Shown here piece by piece: positions 61,015 through 64,000 of a stretch of DNA of 64,000 nucleotides (positions are counted from its first letter, which is position 1; each line of letters starts with the position of its first letter). Under the pieces are notes generated by a model, which ran no database searches, was not told where the DNA came from, and saw only the letters and a list, made by a program, of their open reading frames with translations. The position numbers were made by a program, and so were the translations under genes. The stretch comes from Narcine bancroftii (taxonomy: Eukaryota), in contig NC_091476.1 of the NCBI RefSeq assembly GCF_036971445.1, positions 130,758,001 through 130,822,000 of the forward strand. The letters are read 5' to 3'.

Positions 61015-62595
61015 TAATCAAACTGTTCTTTTAGTTACATTCAGATACTGGAATCTGAATCTAAACAATCTGCTTGGAGAATTTACAGGTCCAACAGCAT
61101 TAGTGGGAGAAAAAGAAGGTTTTGATCTGAAAACGATTTGTTTATTTTTGGATCTTGCATTCTAACATCAGCATTTATTGCTCTATTGGATGACAGAGAT
61201 TTGATTGAAATAGGTAAGATTCTGTCGCACCTCGGTGGGGTGGATGTGGAGAGGATGTTTTCACCAGAGGATGGATTTATTTATGTGTTGTTGACAGGAG
61301 TTCCTTGATAACTAATCATAAACTTCCTTTCATGTGGCATTCAAAGGCTGGCAAATGGTCAACCACTCGCTGTCCCCAAAGGAACTAGCTTTTCATTCTT
61401 TGTTTCCCTTTTTTTGTGAGTTGGGACTTGAGGGAGAATTCCTTCTCTAAAAGGACTGAGAACCCTTGAATTTTCCCAATTCAGAGAAATATGGAGGCTG
61501 AGTCATTAAATATATTCAATACAGAGTGTTGGAACTATATAAAGTCAATGGTGGAGCAGGCTCAAAAGTGACTCCTATTGGTATTCTTAAGACTATGTTA
61601 ATTTACAAATGAGAAAAGCTTCGGCCTGAATAAATTCCACTGGCATGTTTTCCATCATGTTCTGTTTTACCCTTGTTGTTTGATTATACTTCTAACCAGT
61701 GTATAATTTCCCAACCAAATTCGATTCTGAATGAGTTGAGTGACTGGTGTCTGAAATACTTCCTTTAATTTTCCCCTCCCAGCAGATTTTATTAGAGTGC
61801 GAGGGCCCATGCAACAGCTGGTCACTTCTCCTCACTGCCACTTACATATCGTCTCCATTTGAGAAGCCATCTTATGACCTTCCCTTGTAAAATTTACTCT
61901 TCACAACCAGACAATCCAGATCCTTTAAATTAAAAGTATACATTGCACAGTTGGGCAGGTCCTTTGCACTATCCAGCAATAGAGAGAAGCAAATCTTATT
62001 TCATGCTAACATCAAGGTTTCTGATAGTTGACTGACATGAGGCTTTGTTTTCTTTCTCCTTATTCCATTATCGGCTGTTTACTTCAGCAGTTACATCATG
62101 ATTTATTGCTCACTGAGACATCGGAGGTGGTGCCGTCATCCTCAGGAAGGACTTTCTTTTTCTGTGAGCTTATGCAGAGTGTCACCACTCTTTGCCAGCC
62201 TTTGAATGGAATGCAAAATAAAGCTTTTCACTATATCTTGGCAAACGTGGCAAAAATAAACTCTTATAGTCCTTATGGAGGGTTGCCTGGGGTATTTCTT
62301 GACTAAAATTCCAAGTCCAGCAGAATTCCACAGAGATAGGTGCTGGTACTCTATATCTGTAATATAAATTAATGATTTGGAGAAAATGTGTGGAGTCTGA
62401 TTAGAAAGCCACTATATCGCGTACTATCTTTGAACTCATCACTTCCTGTCATCTCCCTAGCACGGCCTCCAACCTCATTGTTTCCCAACCCCACACTGCC
62501 TGTTTCACGTCCAACCAAAGATCCACAAACTCAATTATCCCAGCAGACTGACTGTTTCCTCATGCTCCTGTCCCACCAAACTCGCATCCGCTTAC

Positions 62596-63060
62596 TGTGG
62601 TGATATGCCCACCAAACTACTGGAGAGGGCGATCTCTGCACCTGCAGGAAAACCACCTCAGGGGCTGATTCCACCTGGCCGGCTGTCCGGGCCCGGGGCT
62701 CCTCTGCAAACACATGCAGGCCCACAAATCTGACCTGCTAGTCTAGCAAGTGCTCTTTCTCCATGCCAACCAAAACTACGGCCATGACAGGTACCGCAAT
62801 CACCATGATCTGGCCCCTCCTGAGCCAGTCACACGGGGAACCACCAGGGCATGAACTGGTGTCCAGACTTATACTGGAATAAATTGTGGTGCGCTGAGGT
62901 AGCAGCAAGCAAGCATAAACTCAGAAAGACTGTACAACAAGCTTTATTCCAGTAAAAGTCTGAACACCAGTTCGTGGCTTGGTGGCTGCCTGTGTGACTG
63001 GTTCAGGTTTAATTCAGGTCGGCTGATTAACAGCTGGCCAGGTGAAGTCAGCCCCAGTGT
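62596..63060. mobile_element. Tail-to-tail pair of related LTRs (plus copy 62596-62883, minus copy 62885-~63060)
   Basis: 65-bp ungapped inverted repeat 62819-62883 / 62943-63007 (56/65 identical) and a second inverted match at ~62660-62687 / 63029-63055. Confidence 0.75.
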
Positions 63061-64000
63061 CCGCCCCCAGCCCACCTATGGCCTCTCCACACTATGGGTA
63101 ACCCCTCCAGGCCTCCTCAACTACCTTACATCAGACAACAAGCCCATATCTGCCAAGAGCAGGTCCGATCGCGTAGCCGACATGGGCTTCATGAAGGCAG
63201 AAGTGAGGCGGCTTCTGGAGGAAGGTATCATAGAGCCCAGCACCAGTCCCTGGAGAGCAAAAGTCCTAGTGGTAAAAGGGGGTAGCAAACTGAGGATGGT
63301 CATCGATTATAGCCACACCATAAACTGGTACACCCAACTGGCCGCCTACACCCTACTCCAATTAGCCATCATGGTCAATGAGATAGCCCACTATAAGGTC
63401 TTCTCGACAATTGACCTAAAATTGGCCTACCACCAGCTCCCTATCCATGCCTGGAATAAACCATATACTGCCTTCAAGACAGACAGATGCCTCTACAAGT
63501 TCCACCAGACCCCATTTGGGGTCACTAACGGGGTCTCTGTTTTTCAGTGGGAAATGGACCACATGGTAGACTGGCACAACCTAAGAGCGACCTTCCCGTA
63601 CTTTGACAATGTCACCATCTGCAACCACGATCAGCAGAACCACGATGACAACCTGGAGAGATTGCTCCGGATGGCCGAGGAGCTGAACCTCACTTAAAAC
63701 AAAGAGAAGTGCATGTTCAGCACCATCTGCCTTGCCATCCTAGGGTACATCGTGGAACATGGTGTCCTTGGTCCTGACCCAGAATGCATGCATCCTCTAA
63801 TGGAACTGCTCCTCCCCCATACGCTGAAGGCCCTCTGAAGGTGACTTGGGATTTTCTCCTATTACTCCCAGTGGGTCCCCCATTTTTGGACATCCGCCCA
63901 CTGGCCCAAGCCACCACCTTTCCCCAACCACCCCCCCCTCCCCGCCCCCCAAGGCACAAGCAGATTTAGCTCACATCAGGCAGGACATCGCCATTGCCAA
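63060..64000 (+). mobile_element. Ty3/Gypsy pol (RT) fragment, running off the window end
   Basis: IIEPSTSPWRA, RMVIDYS, FSTIDLKLAYHQL, PFGVTNG, PYFDNVTIC, LGFFSYYSQWVP. Confidence 0.92.

Overview
Repeat-rich vertebrate genomic DNA, almost certainly from a cartilaginous fish: the alphaB-crystallin closely resembles the shark protein, and CR1, Rex-Babar and Penelope repeats dominate. Four spliced protein-coding genes can be reconstructed completely with GT-AG junctions and consistent phase: FDXACB1 (-, 6 coding exons, ~655 aa), CFAP68/C11orf1 (+, 3 exons, ~228 aa), CRYAB (-, 3 exons, 176 aa) and HSPB2 (+, 2 exons, 187 aa). They form two head-to-head pairs in the same order as human 11q23. The rest is decayed transposable elements: Ty3/Gypsy and BEL/Pao LTR elements, solo LTRs, CR1, Rex-Babar, L1, Penelope, tRNA-derived SINEs, hAT and Tc1/mariner MITEs, and a Chapaev3-like element. 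The most notable observations are: (1) a Gypsy lineage with a YxDN reverse-transcriptase motif whose primer-binding position is complementary to its own LTR poly(A) region, suggesting tRNA-independent self-priming, plus a fold-back LTR junction with the same geometry; (2) a ~110-aa CxxCxP-repeat C-terminal extension of CFAP68; (3) an extra upstream coding exon of FDXACB1; (4) an RFX X-box in the FDXACB1/CFAP68 promoter and a perfect heat-shock element next to the CRYAB TATA box. Exon boundaries were read base by base. Repeat boundaries are approximate, and comparisons with human or shark proteins are from memory, not from a search.
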